From Erysipelotrichia bacterium (GTDB taxonomy: Bacteria > Bacillota_I > Bacilli_A > Erysipelotrichales > Erysipelotrichaceae), in NCBI GenBank assembly GCA_012799935.1, contig JAAZKG010000098.1:191-64190 (forward strand): a stretch of DNA of 64,000 nt, written 5' to 3'. How positions within the stretch are numbered: the stretch's first letter is position 1; each line of letters begins with the position of its first letter. The notes under the pieces were generated by a model. It saw nothing but the letters and a program-made list of their open reading frames with translations, ran no database searches and had not been told where the DNA came from. Position numbers and translations under genes: made by a program. Of the stretch, positions 35,913 to 45,644 are shown in pieces.

Positions 35913-37776
35913 TATAAATAGTAAAATCAAAGATCTTATTTCTTTGCCAATTGGTCATGATGTAATATTTAGATTGTTTCTGCAAACAGGTTTTTCGTTT
36001 TCTTTACTAAAAAATCCTTTAATTTTAAATATTAAACTTAAACATCTGGCATCTATTGTTAAAAATAAAGTTCCACTTGCTTTTTTTGAATCAATTATCA
36101 ATCTGGTCAATAGTGAACTTGAACAGCCATTAGAAGATGATTCCCCAATTAAAAAAGCCTGGTGGAAAGAAGCTGTTTTCTATCAAATTTATCCACGCAG
36201 TTTTAAGGATTCTAATGGGGATGGTATTGGAGATATTCAAGGAATTATTTCACAACTAGATACTTTAAAAGATTTAGGCATTGATTGTTTATGGCTTTCT
36301 CCTATTTATGATTCACCTAATGATGATAATGGTTATGATATCAGAGACTATCGCAACATTATGCAAGAATTTGGAACAATGGAAGATGTTGAAAAGTTAA
36401 TTTCAGAACTTAAAAAGCGTGATATGAAGATTATTATGGATTTAGTAGTCAATCATACTTCTGATGAACACCCATGGTTTCAAGCAGCCTTAAAAGGTGA
36501 TAAAGAGAAACAGAATTATTATATTTTTAGAGATAAACCTAATAACTGGACTAGTTTTTTTAGTGGATCAGCTTGGAGATATTTTAAAGAAATTGATAAA
36601 TATGCTTTAAAACTATTTTCATCAAAACAAATGGATTTAAACTGGGATAATCCAGAACTTAGAAAAGAAATTGTCGATATTGTAAGATTTTGGCTTGAAA
36701 AAGGAATTGATGGTTTTCGAATGGATGTTATCAACTATATTTCAAAAAATCCAAATCTACCTAATGGAGATGAATTAATAGGACAGTTAGTTGGTTTTAT
36801 TGGAATGGAACATTATTTTTATGGACCAAATTTAACAAAGTATTTAGCTCAACTTCGCAAAGAAGCCTTTGAACCTTATAATGGTTTTAATGTTGGTGAA
36901 ACTCCAGGTATTGGTACCCAGTTAGGTAAACTTTTAACTGGAGATTATCGAAAAATCATGGATTTAACTTTTAGTTTCGACCATCTAGAAATTCCTGGAA
37001 AAGTACGATTTGATAATTATTGTTATGATTTAAATTTCTATAAGTTTTATTTAATTGAAAATCAGAAAGCTTACACTAATCGTTATTGGATGTCACTGTT
37101 TGTAGATAATCATGATAATCCACGTTTTATTTCAAAAATTGATCCAAGTCATAATTATCGTGACCAGTTAGCTAAAAATATAAATATGATTTTATTGACT
37201 TTAAAGGGAACACCATTTTTCTATCAAGGACAAGAAATCGGAATGACCAATAACGAATTTAACTCTATGGATGATATCAGAGATGTAGAAAGTTTAAATA
37301 AATTTCAAGATTTATTAAATTCTGGCCAAGATGAAAAAGAGGCCTTTAAGACTATTTTAGCGGGTACTAGAGACCATTGTCGCACTCCAATGCAATGGAC
37401 TAACCAAAACTATGGAGGCTTCTCAGAAGCGCTCCCATGGATTGTGGGATATCAAGATTTAGAAACTACTAATGTAGAATATCAGCAAAAGCAAGATGAT
37501 TCAATTTATAATTTCACCAAACAGTTAATTAAATATAGAAAAGATCATCCTACATTAATATATGGAGAAATTGAATTTATACAGGAAAAAACTAAAAACT
37601 ACTTTATATATAAAAGAAAAGATAAATACGATGAGTATTTGATAGAAATCAATCTGTCAGATAGAAAACAAAAAAGAATTATAACTACTAGTGAATATGA
37701 ATTGATTTTATCAAATATTAAAGTTAAAGAAGATGCTATGTTACCATATGAAGCCAATCTTTATAAAAAACTTTAA
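35896..37776 (+). CDS. GH13 alpha-glucosidase (oligo-1,6-glucosidase / subfamily 31-like) with an ~85-aa N-terminal extension
   Basis: WWKEAVFYQIYPRSFKDSNGDGIGD, DLVVNHTSDEH, GIDGFRMDVINYI (nucleophile Asp), VGETPG (acid/base Glu) and FVDNHDNPR. AAGGAG lies 7 nt before ATG 35896. The gene overlaps the transporter gene by 17 nt. Confidence 0.9.
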   Translation: MSKKISINSKIKDLISLPIGHDVIFRLFLQTGFSFSLLKNPLILNIKLKHLASIVKNKVPLAFFESIINLVNSELEQPLEDDSPIKKAWWKEAVFYQIYPRSFKDSNGDGIGDIQGIISQLDTLKDLGIDCLWLSPIYDSPNDDNGYDIRDYRNIMQEFGTMEDVEKLISELKKRDMKIIMDLVVNHTSDEHPWFQAALKGDKEKQNYYIFRDKPNNWTSFFSGSAWRYFKEIDKYALKLFSSKQMDLNWDNPELRKEIVDIVRFWLEKGIDGFRMDVINYISKNPNLPNGDELIGQLVGFIGMEHYFYGPNLTKYLAQLRKEAFEPYNGFNVGETPGIGTQLGKLLTGDYRKIMDLTFSFDHLEIPGKVRFDNYCYDLNFYKFYLIENQKAYTNRYWMSLFVDNHDNPRFISKIDPSHNYRDQLAKNINMILLTLKGTPFFYQGQEIGMTNNEFNSMDDIRDVESLNKFQDLLNSGQDEKEAFKTILAGTRDHCRTPMQWTNQNYGGFSEALPWIVGYQDLETTNVEYQQKQDDSIYNFTKQLIKYRKDHPTLIYGEIEFIQEKTKNYFIYKRKDKYDEYLIEINLSDRKQKRIITTSEYELILSNIKVKEDAMLPYEANLYKKL

Positions 37777-37782
37777 AACAAT

Positions 37783-37814
37783 AAAAGACCTGATTTGCAG
37801 TAATCAGGTCTTTT
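37783..37814. terminator. Bidirectional terminator between the convergent GH13 and ABC permease genes
   Basis: AAAAGACCTGATT...AATCAGGTCTTTT, a 9-bp GC-containing core flanked by an A-run and a T-run. Confidence 0.85.
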
Positions 37815-37829
37815 AAATATTTGTTTGAT

Positions 37830-39332
37830 TCAATCACGATATTTAAAGGTTTTTGGAGAAAAATGATAAACAAGAATTGTTGAAAGTATAAGGTAGACTA
37901 TTAAAATAATGATGAATATAATTCCTAAATATTCATAACTAAGCCATGGCTTATCCATATAGGCAATTACATAAGTAAAAATCCCAAAAATAGTCAAAAC
38001 AAATTTAGGTTTATCTAAATTATAGTTATAAGGTTGAAAAATATAGTAGATAAACAAGTAACTAATATTAAAGAACAGAGTAAAAAACACTATTGAAATA
38101 AAAAAGTTTAAAGTAGGTCCCAAAGGCATCTTAAGCCAAAATAACCATATTAAAGAAAAAATAAGGTTTATTGATATCGGGACAAAAGAAAAGATAAAAG
38201 AATCTTTTAAGCGAATTAGAAATTGTTTATAAATTTCACTTTTTCTACGGTAAAAAGCATAATGAAGCAAATGGTAGTCACCATTTCTATAATAGGCTTT
38301 TACTAATCTTTGACCTGTATCTAACATGTATAAAAAATAAATATAAATGCTTGTTAATATAATAATAAACATCTGATAATCAGCACTAGACATAACATCA
38401 AAATAAAATATTCCTGTAAATACAAGATAAACAGCTAATTGAATTAAACTTGAATTACGTAATGGTTTATACCAAATTCGTTTATGACGAGATAGAAATA
38501 GGTACTGATATAAATTATATGATTTATATTTATGAATAATTGATAAACTTTTTTCAGGATAAACATTTTTATCCATCTCAGTTTCCTTAGTAAATAAATC
38601 ATCTAATGATTTTATTGATTCATCAAAATCATTAATGTTTTTCATGAAAATATCAAAGAATAACTCTATTCTTTGTTGTTTATAAATAACAAATAAACTT
38701 AAAACTAGATAGACCATCATAGGAATTAAAAGATAGTAAGGGTTAATTTGTTTAAAAAGAAAAACTATACAGATTAATATTAATGAAATAAATAGAGGAT
38801 ATTGCAAATATTTTGGTTTTTTTATTTTGTATATAAGTAAAGTAAAACTCTCCGCAAAATACATAAAAAAGAAAATTGAAAAGATCATAAAAGGTAAAAA
38901 CTTAAAACTCTTTATTAGCAAACTGAAACCTAATGGGAAAATCAGAGCATAAGTAAGTCGATTTATAAATCTTCTTTTTAATTTAAAATAAAAGATATCG
39001 TTAAAGGGAATTTTAAAAGACTGAAATAGAATTTTCATATTTTCATCATAAGCAAGCACTTTTGTAGAAAATCCTGCTAGCATTAAAAAAATAAACCAAA
39101 TCATAAATTCGCTTATTTCAAAAGAAGCAAGTATAAATATTAATAAATAAATCAAATGTTTTAAGACATCGAAAAGAATTGAAAAAACTGGCATATATTT
39201 CTGCAAGTCATGTTTCAATTGATAATCTCGATATAATTTATCGTTAATTCTAAATATTCTAGAAATAATTTTGCTATTGATTAACCAATGAAGTAAGCTG
39301 TTAAATTTTAACCTAAATAGAATTTCATTCAT
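37830..39332 (-). CDS. Polytopic membrane protein, putative ABC exporter permease
   Basis: About 500 aa, extremely Phe/Ile/Leu/Tyr-rich with many TM helices. Its ATG overlaps the ATPase stop codon (ATGAATGA). I recognised no enzymatic motifs. Confidence 0.6.
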   Translation of the reverse strand: MNEILFRLKFNSLLHWLINSKIISRIFRINDKLYRDYQLKHDLQKYMPVFSILFDVLKHLIYLLIFILASFEISEFMIWFIFLMLAGFSTKVLAYDENMKILFQSFKIPFNDIFYFKLKRRFINRLTYALIFPLGFSLLIKSFKFLPFMIFSIFFFMYFAESFTLLIYKIKKPKYLQYPLFISLILICIVFLFKQINPYYLLIPMMVYLVLSLFVIYKQQRIELFFDIFMKNINDFDESIKSLDDLFTKETEMDKNVYPEKSLSIIHKYKSYNLYQYLFLSRHKRIWYKPLRNSSLIQLAVYLVFTGIFYFDVMSSADYQMFIIILTSIYIYFLYMLDTGQRLVKAYYRNGDYHLLHYAFYRRKSEIYKQFLIRLKDSFIFSFVPISINLIFSLIWLFWLKMPLGPTLNFFISIVFFTLFFNISYLFIYYIFQPYNYNLDKPKFVLTIFGIFTYVIAYMDKPWLSYEYLGIIFIIILIVYLILSTILVYHFSPKTFKYRD

Positions 39333-40002
39333 CTTGCAATATCTCCATGATGTTTTGCTCAAAATTTTCAGCTGTTTCATCAACATCAATAAGTTTTCCT
39401 TTATTTAAAACAACAATTTCATCACTAATATCTTTAGCAATTTGTAGAATATGAGTTGAAAGAATCATAATAGTGTCATCTTTGATTTTTAATAATTCTT
39501 TTTTCATATTCATTGAAGCAATTAAGTCTAATGAAGTTAAAGGTTCATCTAATAGCAAAACCTTTGGTTTGGTTAAAATGATACATAGCATCTGCAGTTT
39601 ATTTTTCATTCCAGTAGAATAATCTTTAATTAAACGGTGACGGTCATCTTCTTTAAAATCAATACGTTCAAAATATTGATTTACCTCATCACGATGTAAA
39701 CCTTTTTCCTGGTGAATATCAGCAAAGAAAGTTAAGAATTCATAACCAGTTAAAAATTCAGGTAACATTGGAATGGTATAGACAAAACCAACATCTTGAT
39801 GATTGATTGCTTCATCATTTAAATAGATATTACCTTTATCAAATGGCATTTCTTCAGAAATACAGTTGAAGAGAGTAGTTTTCCCGGAACCGTTTTTTCC
39901 TAAGAGGGCATAAATCTTTCCTTTTTCAAAAGTGTAACTTAAATCAATCAAGACATTTAATTCGCCAAATGATTTAGAGAGATTTTCAATTTTTAGTTGC
40001 AT
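39325..40002 (-). CDS. ABC transporter ATP-binding protein
   Basis: Walker A GKNGSGKTT, signature YSTGMKNKL, Walker B LLLDEP and H-loop STH. ATG 40002 follows GGAGG. Confidence 0.92.
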   Translation of the reverse strand: MQLKIENLSKSFGELNVLIDLSYTFEKGKIYALLGKNGSGKTTLFNCISEEMPFDKGNIYLNDEAINHQDVGFVYTIPMLPEFLTGYEFLTFFADIHQEKGLHRDEVNQYFERIDFKEDDRHRLIKDYSTGMKNKLQMLCIILTKPKVLLLDEPLTSLDLIASMNMKKELLKIKDDTIMILSTHILQIAKDISDEIVVLNKGKLIDVDETAENFEQNIMEILQDE

Positions 40003-40175
40003 AATAATACCTCCAAAAAAGCATCTTATAAATAATATCATCAGTTTAATTTTTAGACAAACAGATTATAAAAAAAGATAAAAGAATTAAAGAGATAAAT
40101 TTGCTTTTTTGCAAAAAATATTAAATACTTATAAAAAAATGATATAATGAAATATATATTTTAAGGAGAGATAAA

Positions 40176-40562
40176 ATGAGTGAATTATTTGGAAAAATTA
40201 AAAAAGCATTAACTGAAACAGAAGAAATCGAAAATGAAGAGGTTGAAGAAGTATTTGAAGAAAAAGTATCTGAATATGAACAAGCTCAAAATGAAAAAGT
40301 AAAAAGAGTTAGCAATGCAAAAATGATGGTTAAAGAACCAAGAAGTTTTGATGATTCAACTGAAATTGCTAATTGTTTATTAGCCAATAAAGCCTGTGTT
40401 GTAAATATCCATCGTTTACAAGAAGCAAGTGCTATTAGATTATTAGATTTTTTAGCAGGTGTTATTTATGCTATAAAAGGTGAATATCAAAGAATTGATA
40501 GAAATGTTTTCTTGTTTACTCCACATGATATGCCAGTTGATGGAAGAGTAGAGGGTGAGTAG
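40176..40562 (+). CDS. sepF: Cell division protein SepF
   Basis: The C-terminal SepF domain (KEPRSFDDSTEIANCLLANKACVVNIHRL...LDFLAGVIYAIKGEYQRI). Synteny sepF-ylmH-divIVA-ileS. Confidence 0.9.
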   Translation: MSELFGKIKKALTETEEIENEEVEEVFEEKVSEYEQAQNEKVKRVSNAKMMVKEPRSFDDSTEIANCLLANKACVVNIHRLQEASAIRLLDFLAGVIYAIKGEYQRIDRNVFLFTPHDMPVDGRVEGE

Positions 40563-41313
40563 AGTTAATAATAATCTGTTTCAACATTATAAAGGTTATG
40601 AAAGTTTAATTAAGAAACTACAGCAGATAAAAGCGAAATATGAAATAACAAATAATGCTATTTCAGTAGGTTTTTGTAATAGAAGTGAAGAGAAAGTTAT
40701 CAGCACATTTTTATCTGATACAATACCTTACAGTTTCTTTGGTGGTTATCAAGAAGCAACAAGAAAAATATGTGTAATTGGTAATAATATTGATTTTAAA
40801 GACTACATTTGCTGCTTGTCAGGTAGGTTTAATAAAAAGTTTAATAAACTTACACATAGAGATGTTAAAGGCGCTGTTTATAATAGCGGAATTGAAATTG
40901 ACAGATTTGGAGATATGTGGGTTGAAGATGATAGAATATATATTTATTGCAGCAAGGATATCAGTAATTATCTGCAAAACAATTTCAATAAAATAGAAAA
41001 TTGCTTTATTAGATTTGAAGAAACTGATTACCAAAAACAAGTTTTTAAATTTGAAGAATATAAATATAACATTTCTTCACTCAGACTAGATAAAGTAGTA
41101 TCAGCTTTACTTAGTAAATCACGAGAAAAAGCAAAAGATTTTATTAATGCTGGTTTTGTAAATGTTAATCATCAAAGTATTGAAGATTTTACATATCTAT
41201 GTAATAATAAGGATATATTATCGCTTAAAACGCACGGAAGATATCAAATAGTTGATATTGAGAAAAATAAAAAAAGTGGTAAAATAATTATTATAGTTAA
41301 AAAATTTGTATAG
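40555..41313 (+). CDS. ylmH: YlmH-like RNA-binding (S4 domain) protein
   Basis: N-terminal LFQHYKGYE, as in YlmH. A C-terminal S4-like segment (RLDKVVSALLSKSREKAKDFINAGFVNVNHQ). GTG start overlaps the sepF stop. Conserved position. Confidence 0.75.
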   Translation: MSRVNNNLFQHYKGYESLIKKLQQIKAKYEITNNAISVGFCNRSEEKVISTFLSDTIPYSFFGGYQEATRKICVIGNNIDFKDYICCLSGRFNKKFNKLTHRDVKGAVYNSGIEIDRFGDMWVEDDRIYIYCSKDISNYLQNNFNKIENCFIRFEETDYQKQVFKFEEYKYNISSLRLDKVVSALLSKSREKAKDFINAGFVNVNHQSIEDFTYLCNNKDILSLKTHGRYQIVDIEKNKKSGKIIIIVKKFV

Positions 41314-41329
41314 ACAAGGAGAGTTTTCT

Positions 41330-41800
41330 ATGAACGAATTGCGCCGCTTCAATTTAGTTGCTAACGGTTATGACTGCTATCAAGTTAATAGTGAAATTGA
41401 TAGATTGGAGTACCAAATTCATGAATTAAATGAAAGAATACTAATATATCAAAATCAGATAGAAACAGTTAACAATCAGTTTGCGATGATTAAAAAGAGA
41501 TATCAACTTTTAGTTAGTGAACTTTCAATGCGTGAAAAACAAGCGGATGATGTTGCCAGACTAGCTTTAAAGGAAGCTAACAGCATGATTGATGAAGCTC
41601 GTCAAAATGCTGACAACATTATAGAGGAAGCTGTGTTAGAAGTGCAGCAATATGTTGATACCATTAAAGAATATAATAAAATATCTTCAGAAGCTAAAAA
41701 CCAACTAACAGATGCGATAGAACTCTTAAAGGAAAAATTAAAACTATATGATGAAATCCAGTTGCCAGATCCATTTGTGCAATCGGAAGAATTAGAATAA
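41330..41800 (+). CDS. divIVA: DivIVA-family protein
   Basis: FNLVANGYDCYQVNSEIDRL (DivIVA N-terminal motif) followed by a coiled coil. AAGGAGAG precedes ATG 41330. Located upstream of ileS as in Bacillus. Confidence 0.75.
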   Translation: MNELRRFNLVANGYDCYQVNSEIDRLEYQIHELNERILIYQNQIETVNNQFAMIKKRYQLLVSELSMREKQADDVARLALKEANSMIDEARQNADNIIEEAVLEVQQYVDTIKEYNKISSEAKNQLTDAIELLKEKLKLYDEIQLPDPFVQSEELE

Positions 41801-41802
41801 GG

Positions 41803-42017
41803 CTAAGAAAAAGACGCATTTTATTTAATTAGAAATTAGAGAATTGACGGTAGGTGCAAGTCAATCACGATTAAATAAAAACATCACTTTGGAGCTGAAC
41901 TATTGAAAAGGTAAATAGTTACGTAAATCTGCGTTAAAGATATTGAGGGCACAAACAGTTTGTGAACTAAGGTGGTACCGCGTATTGACGTCCTTAGATT
42001 TAGGGACGTTTTTTTAA
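41803..42017 (+). promoter_or_regulatory. T-box leader of ileS (Ile specifier AUC)
   Basis: AGAGA box. Specifier ATC at 41883-41885 followed by A. T-box AACTAAGGTGGTACCGCG (41966-41983). Terminator 41988-42016. A TAGAAT -10-like hexamer (41793-41798) overlaps the divIVA stop. Confidence 0.9.
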
Positions 42018-42035
42018 GGAAAGAGGGAGTTAATT

Positions 42036-44762
42036 ATGGATTACAAAGATACACTATTAATGCCAAATACAACATTTGAAATGAGAGGAAATCTTCCTAA
42101 AAAGGAACCAAGTATTTTAGAAAAATGGGAGAAAATTAAACTTTATGATTTAATGATGGAAAAAAACAAAGGGAAAACTCGTTTTATGCTGCATGATGGT
42201 CCTCCATATGCCAATGGAAATCTACACATTGGGACAGCTATGAACCGTGTCTTAAAGGATTTTGTTGTTAAATCTAAATATATGATGGGATATGATACAC
42301 CATTTTATCCTGGTTGGGATACCCATGGATTACCTATTGAAAACAAAATGCCATCTTTAGGTTACGATAGAAAGAAAATGTCAGTAGTTGATTTCAGAAA
42401 TAAATGTGAAGAATATGCCAATGAGCAAATTCAGATTCAGATGGAAACAGAAAAAAGACTAGGAACAGTTGCTCAGTATGATTATCCATATATTACCATG
42501 GACAAATCTTTTGAAGCTGATCAAATCAGAACTTTTGGGAAAATGGCTTGTAATGGTTTAATTTATCAGGGACTAAAACCAATTTATTGGTCACCTGAAA
42601 GAGAGTCAGCTGTTGCAGATAGTGAAATATATTACGAAGATAAAAAAGATATGACTATTTTCGTTACTTTTGCGGTAACAGATGGAAATGGTGTTTTAGA
42701 TGGTGATGAAAAGGTTGTTATTTGGACAACAACTCCTTGGACAATTCCGGGAAATCTAGCAATCTGTCTTCATCCTAATTTAGATTATGCTGTGGTTAAA
42801 ACTGAAAAAGGTAAATTAGTTATGGCAGAGTCACTAGTAAATAAATTAATGGAAAAATTTGAATTGGAAAACTATGAAGTTTTAAAAACATTTAAAGGTA
42901 GTGAATTAGAGTATGTTAAAACAGCTCACCCTTTATATCCAGAAAAAACATCTTTAGTTATTTTAGGTGAACATGTAACTGATGAAGATGGTACTGGATG
43001 TGTTCATACAGCTCCAGGTCATGGTTTAGAAGACTTTTATGTTGGTCAAATTTATGGTTTAGAGACATTTTGTCCAGTTGACGATAGAGGCTGCTTAACA
43101 ATTGAAGCAGGTGAAAGATTAAATGGTAAGTTTGTCTTTGATGCTAATAAAGATATTGTTATGTGGTTACATGAAGATGGAAAATTATTAGCTAATGAAT
43201 GGATTACCCACAGTTACCCTCATGATGACCGTATGAAAAAACCAGTTATTTTCAGAGCTACAGTGCAATGGTTTGCCTCAATTGAAAAAATCAAAACCGA
43301 ATTATTAGAAGCAGTTGACTCTGTAAAATGGGAAAATGATTTTGGCTATGCCAGAATGTATAACATGATTAAAGATCGAAAAGACTGGTGTATTTCAAGA
43401 CAGCGAGTATGGGGCGTACCAATTCCTATTTTCTATAGTGAAGATGAAAAACCGATTATTGATGAAGTTTTATTTGACCATGTAGCTAACTTATTTGAAA
43501 AACACGGTTCAAATATTTGGTTTGAAAAAGATGTACAAGAACTATTACCTAAAGGCTATAGTCATCCAAATTCACCAAATGGTTTATTTACTAAAGAAGT
43601 AGATACTATGGATGTCTGGTTTGATTCAGGTTCATCTCACAATACTTTTAAACGTCGAGGATTTACCTACCCATGCGAGTTATATTTAGAAGGTTCTGAT
43701 CAGTATCGTGGATGGTTTAACTCTTCGTTAATTGTTGGGGTCGCTACTAATGGAATAGCTCCTTATAAAGGTGTATTATCTCATGGCTATGTAGTTGATG
43801 GTAAAGGATACAAGATGAGCAAATCATTAGGAAATACCATTGATCCAATTGATGTAATTGAAAAATATGGTGCTGACATTTTAAGATTATGGGTCGCTTC
43901 AGTTGACTTTAAAGCTGACTTAAAATGTTCTGATGAACTTTTTAAGATTGCTAGTGAACAATACAGAAAAGTAAGAAATACCTTTAGATTCTTACTTGGA
44001 AATATCAATAACGAAGATTTCAATTATGCTAAGGACGCAATTGCTTATCAAGATTTAACATCATTAGATAAATATATTCTGATAAAATTAAATGAAGTAA
44101 TTGATACGGTCATAAATGCTTACGATAGATATGATTATATCTTGGCAAGCAATACATTATTTACCTTTATGAGCAATACTATTAGTGCCTTTTATATGGA
44201 TTATGCCAAAGATATTTTGTATATTGAAAAGAAAGAAAACCTAAGAAGAAGACAGATTCAAACTGTATTCTATCAAGTTGCAGATGCACTTAATAGATTA
44301 TGGGCGCCAATTTTATCATATACAATGGAAGAAGTTTATGAAATTTTCAGCCAAAAAGAGAAAAGTGTTATTCTAGAAGGTTTCCCAACAAGTGTAAAAC
44401 ATGAAGATGATAAAGAAATATGTACTCAATGGGAAAAATATATGGATGTAAGAAGTGATATTCTTAAAGCATTGGAGGAAGCTAAAATTAGTGGATTAAT
44501 TAAAAAAGCTTTAGAAACTAAAATCTATTATTGTCCAAAAGATGAATATAAGGAAGCTTTAAAGGGATTGACTAATCATGATTTGGCTCAATTAGTTATC
44601 GCTTCTCAATTTGAGGTAACAGCAGAAAAGTATGAAGAATATCCTACAGGATATATTAAAGTTGAAAAATTTAATGGTCATGTTTGTCCAAGATGTTGGA
44701 ATGTAGTTACTGATATTGATAAGGATGGTTTGTGTCTAAGATGTCAAAATGTTCTAAAGTAA
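42036..44762 (+). CDS. ileS: Isoleucine--tRNA ligase
   Basis: 908 aa with HIGTAMN (the HIGH motif), KMSKS (YKMSKSLGN), a CP1 editing domain and a C-terminal zinc finger CPRCW...CLRC. Confidence 0.97.
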   Translation: MDYKDTLLMPNTTFEMRGNLPKKEPSILEKWEKIKLYDLMMEKNKGKTRFMLHDGPPYANGNLHIGTAMNRVLKDFVVKSKYMMGYDTPFYPGWDTHGLPIENKMPSLGYDRKKMSVVDFRNKCEEYANEQIQIQMETEKRLGTVAQYDYPYITMDKSFEADQIRTFGKMACNGLIYQGLKPIYWSPERESAVADSEIYYEDKKDMTIFVTFAVTDGNGVLDGDEKVVIWTTTPWTIPGNLAICLHPNLDYAVVKTEKGKLVMAESLVNKLMEKFELENYEVLKTFKGSELEYVKTAHPLYPEKTSLVILGEHVTDEDGTGCVHTAPGHGLEDFYVGQIYGLETFCPVDDRGCLTIEAGERLNGKFVFDANKDIVMWLHEDGKLLANEWITHSYPHDDRMKKPVIFRATVQWFASIEKIKTELLEAVDSVKWENDFGYARMYNMIKDRKDWCISRQRVWGVPIPIFYSEDEKPIIDEVLFDHVANLFEKHGSNIWFEKDVQELLPKGYSHPNSPNGLFTKEVDTMDVWFDSGSSHNTFKRRGFTYPCELYLEGSDQYRGWFNSSLIVGVATNGIAPYKGVLSHGYVVDGKGYKMSKSLGNTIDPIDVIEKYGADILRLWVASVDFKADLKCSDELFKIASEQYRKVRNTFRFLLGNINNEDFNYAKDAIAYQDLTSLDKYILIKLNEVIDTVINAYDRYDYILASNTLFTFMSNTISAFYMDYAKDILYIEKKENLRRRQIQTVFYQVADALNRLWAPILSYTMEEVYEIFSQKEKSVILEGFPTSVKHEDDKEICTQWEKYMDVRSDILKALEEAKISGLIKKALETKIYYCPKDEYKEALKGLTNHDLAQLVIASQFEVTAEKYEEYPTGYIKVEKFNGHVCPRCWNVVTDIDKDGLCLRCQNVLK

Positions 44763-44769
44763 ATTTAAT

Positions 44770-44800
44770 AGCTAGGTAGTTTAACTGCTTAGCTTTTTTT
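44770..44800 (+). terminator. Terminator after ileS
   Basis: AGCTAGGTAG...CTGCTTAGCT (imperfect) followed by a run of 7 T. Confidence 0.6.
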
Positions 44801-44808
44801 GTTAAAAT
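44800..44808 (+). promoter_or_regulatory. Extended -10 element TGtTAAAAT placed so that the predicted +1 coincides with the ATG at 44815
   Basis: T44800 G44801 t TAAAAT (44803-44808). The hexamer ends 6 nt before the A of the ATG. No SD-like purine tract lies in between. Confidence 0.35.
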
Positions 44809-44814
44809 ATAAAT

Positions 44815-45540
44815 ATGGAAGTTATAAGATCATTGGAAAATAACAAAGTAAAATTATGGAGTAAATTGTATCAAAAAAAGTACCGTGATAAATATAATCT
44901 TTTTATTATTCAGGAAAAACATTTGATTGAAGAAGCTATCAAAGCCAATTGTATTGATACTCTTATTATCAGAGAAGGGGTAAATAATATATTTAATATA
45001 GATTGTATTTATGTAAGTGAAGCAATTATGAAAAAATTATCTGATAATGTTTCTTTAAATGATTATATTGCGATATGTAAAATGGTTGAATATAAAGTTG
45101 ATAATTTTAAAAAAGTTATTATCCTTGAAAAAGTACAAGATCCAGGAAATGTAGGGACAATTATTAGAACAGCTTACAGTTTTGGTTACGATTTAGTATT
45201 TTTAACTGCTGGAAGCTGTGATTTATACAATGAGAAGGCAATACAAGCCTCTCAGGGAGCTTTTTTCCATATTCCTGTATTAAGAGACAAGTTTGAAAAT
45301 ATCATCTCTAAAGTCAAAGAAAAAGGTTGTAAGGTTATTGCTGCTGATTTATATAATTCAAACTATTTAAATGAAAGTAAAAAAGTAAATAAATTAGCAA
45401 TAATGTTAGGAAACGAAGGTCAAGGATTGTCACAAAAAGCAATAATGGCAGCAGATGAAAGAGTAAAGATTGAGATGAATAATTTCCAATCATTAAATGT
45501 CGCTATAGCTGCAGCAATCATAATGTATCACTACAGATAA
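44815..45540 (+). CDS. TrmH/SpoU-family RNA 2'-O-methyltransferase (YsgA-like)
   Basis: LEKVQDPGNVGTIIRTA, MLGNEGQGLS and SLNVAIAAAIIMY are SpoU motifs 1-3. The position upstream of pheST matches B. subtilis ysgA. Confidence 0.85.
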   Translation: MEVIRSLENNKVKLWSKLYQKKYRDKYNLFIIQEKHLIEEAIKANCIDTLIIREGVNNIFNIDCIYVSEAIMKKLSDNVSLNDYIAICKMVEYKVDNFKKVIILEKVQDPGNVGTIIRTAYSFGYDLVFLTAGSCDLYNEKAIQASQGAFFHIPVLRDKFENIISKVKEKGCKVIAADLYNSNYLNESKKVNKLAIMLGNEGQGLSQKAIMAADERVKIEMNNFQSLNVAIAAAIIMYHYR

Positions 45541-45644
45541 CGAAATACAATGTAATACATAGTCTGATGCAATAGTTTTTGAATAAAATGTAATATATTT
45601 ATAAAAAAAGCTACCGTTTATTAAAGATAATTGATTTTATTCAT

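Noticed and set aside
40778-41040. ORFs 40778-40996 (+) and 40819-41040 (-) inside ylmH.
   Set aside because: They are alternate-frame or antisense ORFs within a syntenic conserved gene, with hydrophobic low-complexity translations and no SD.
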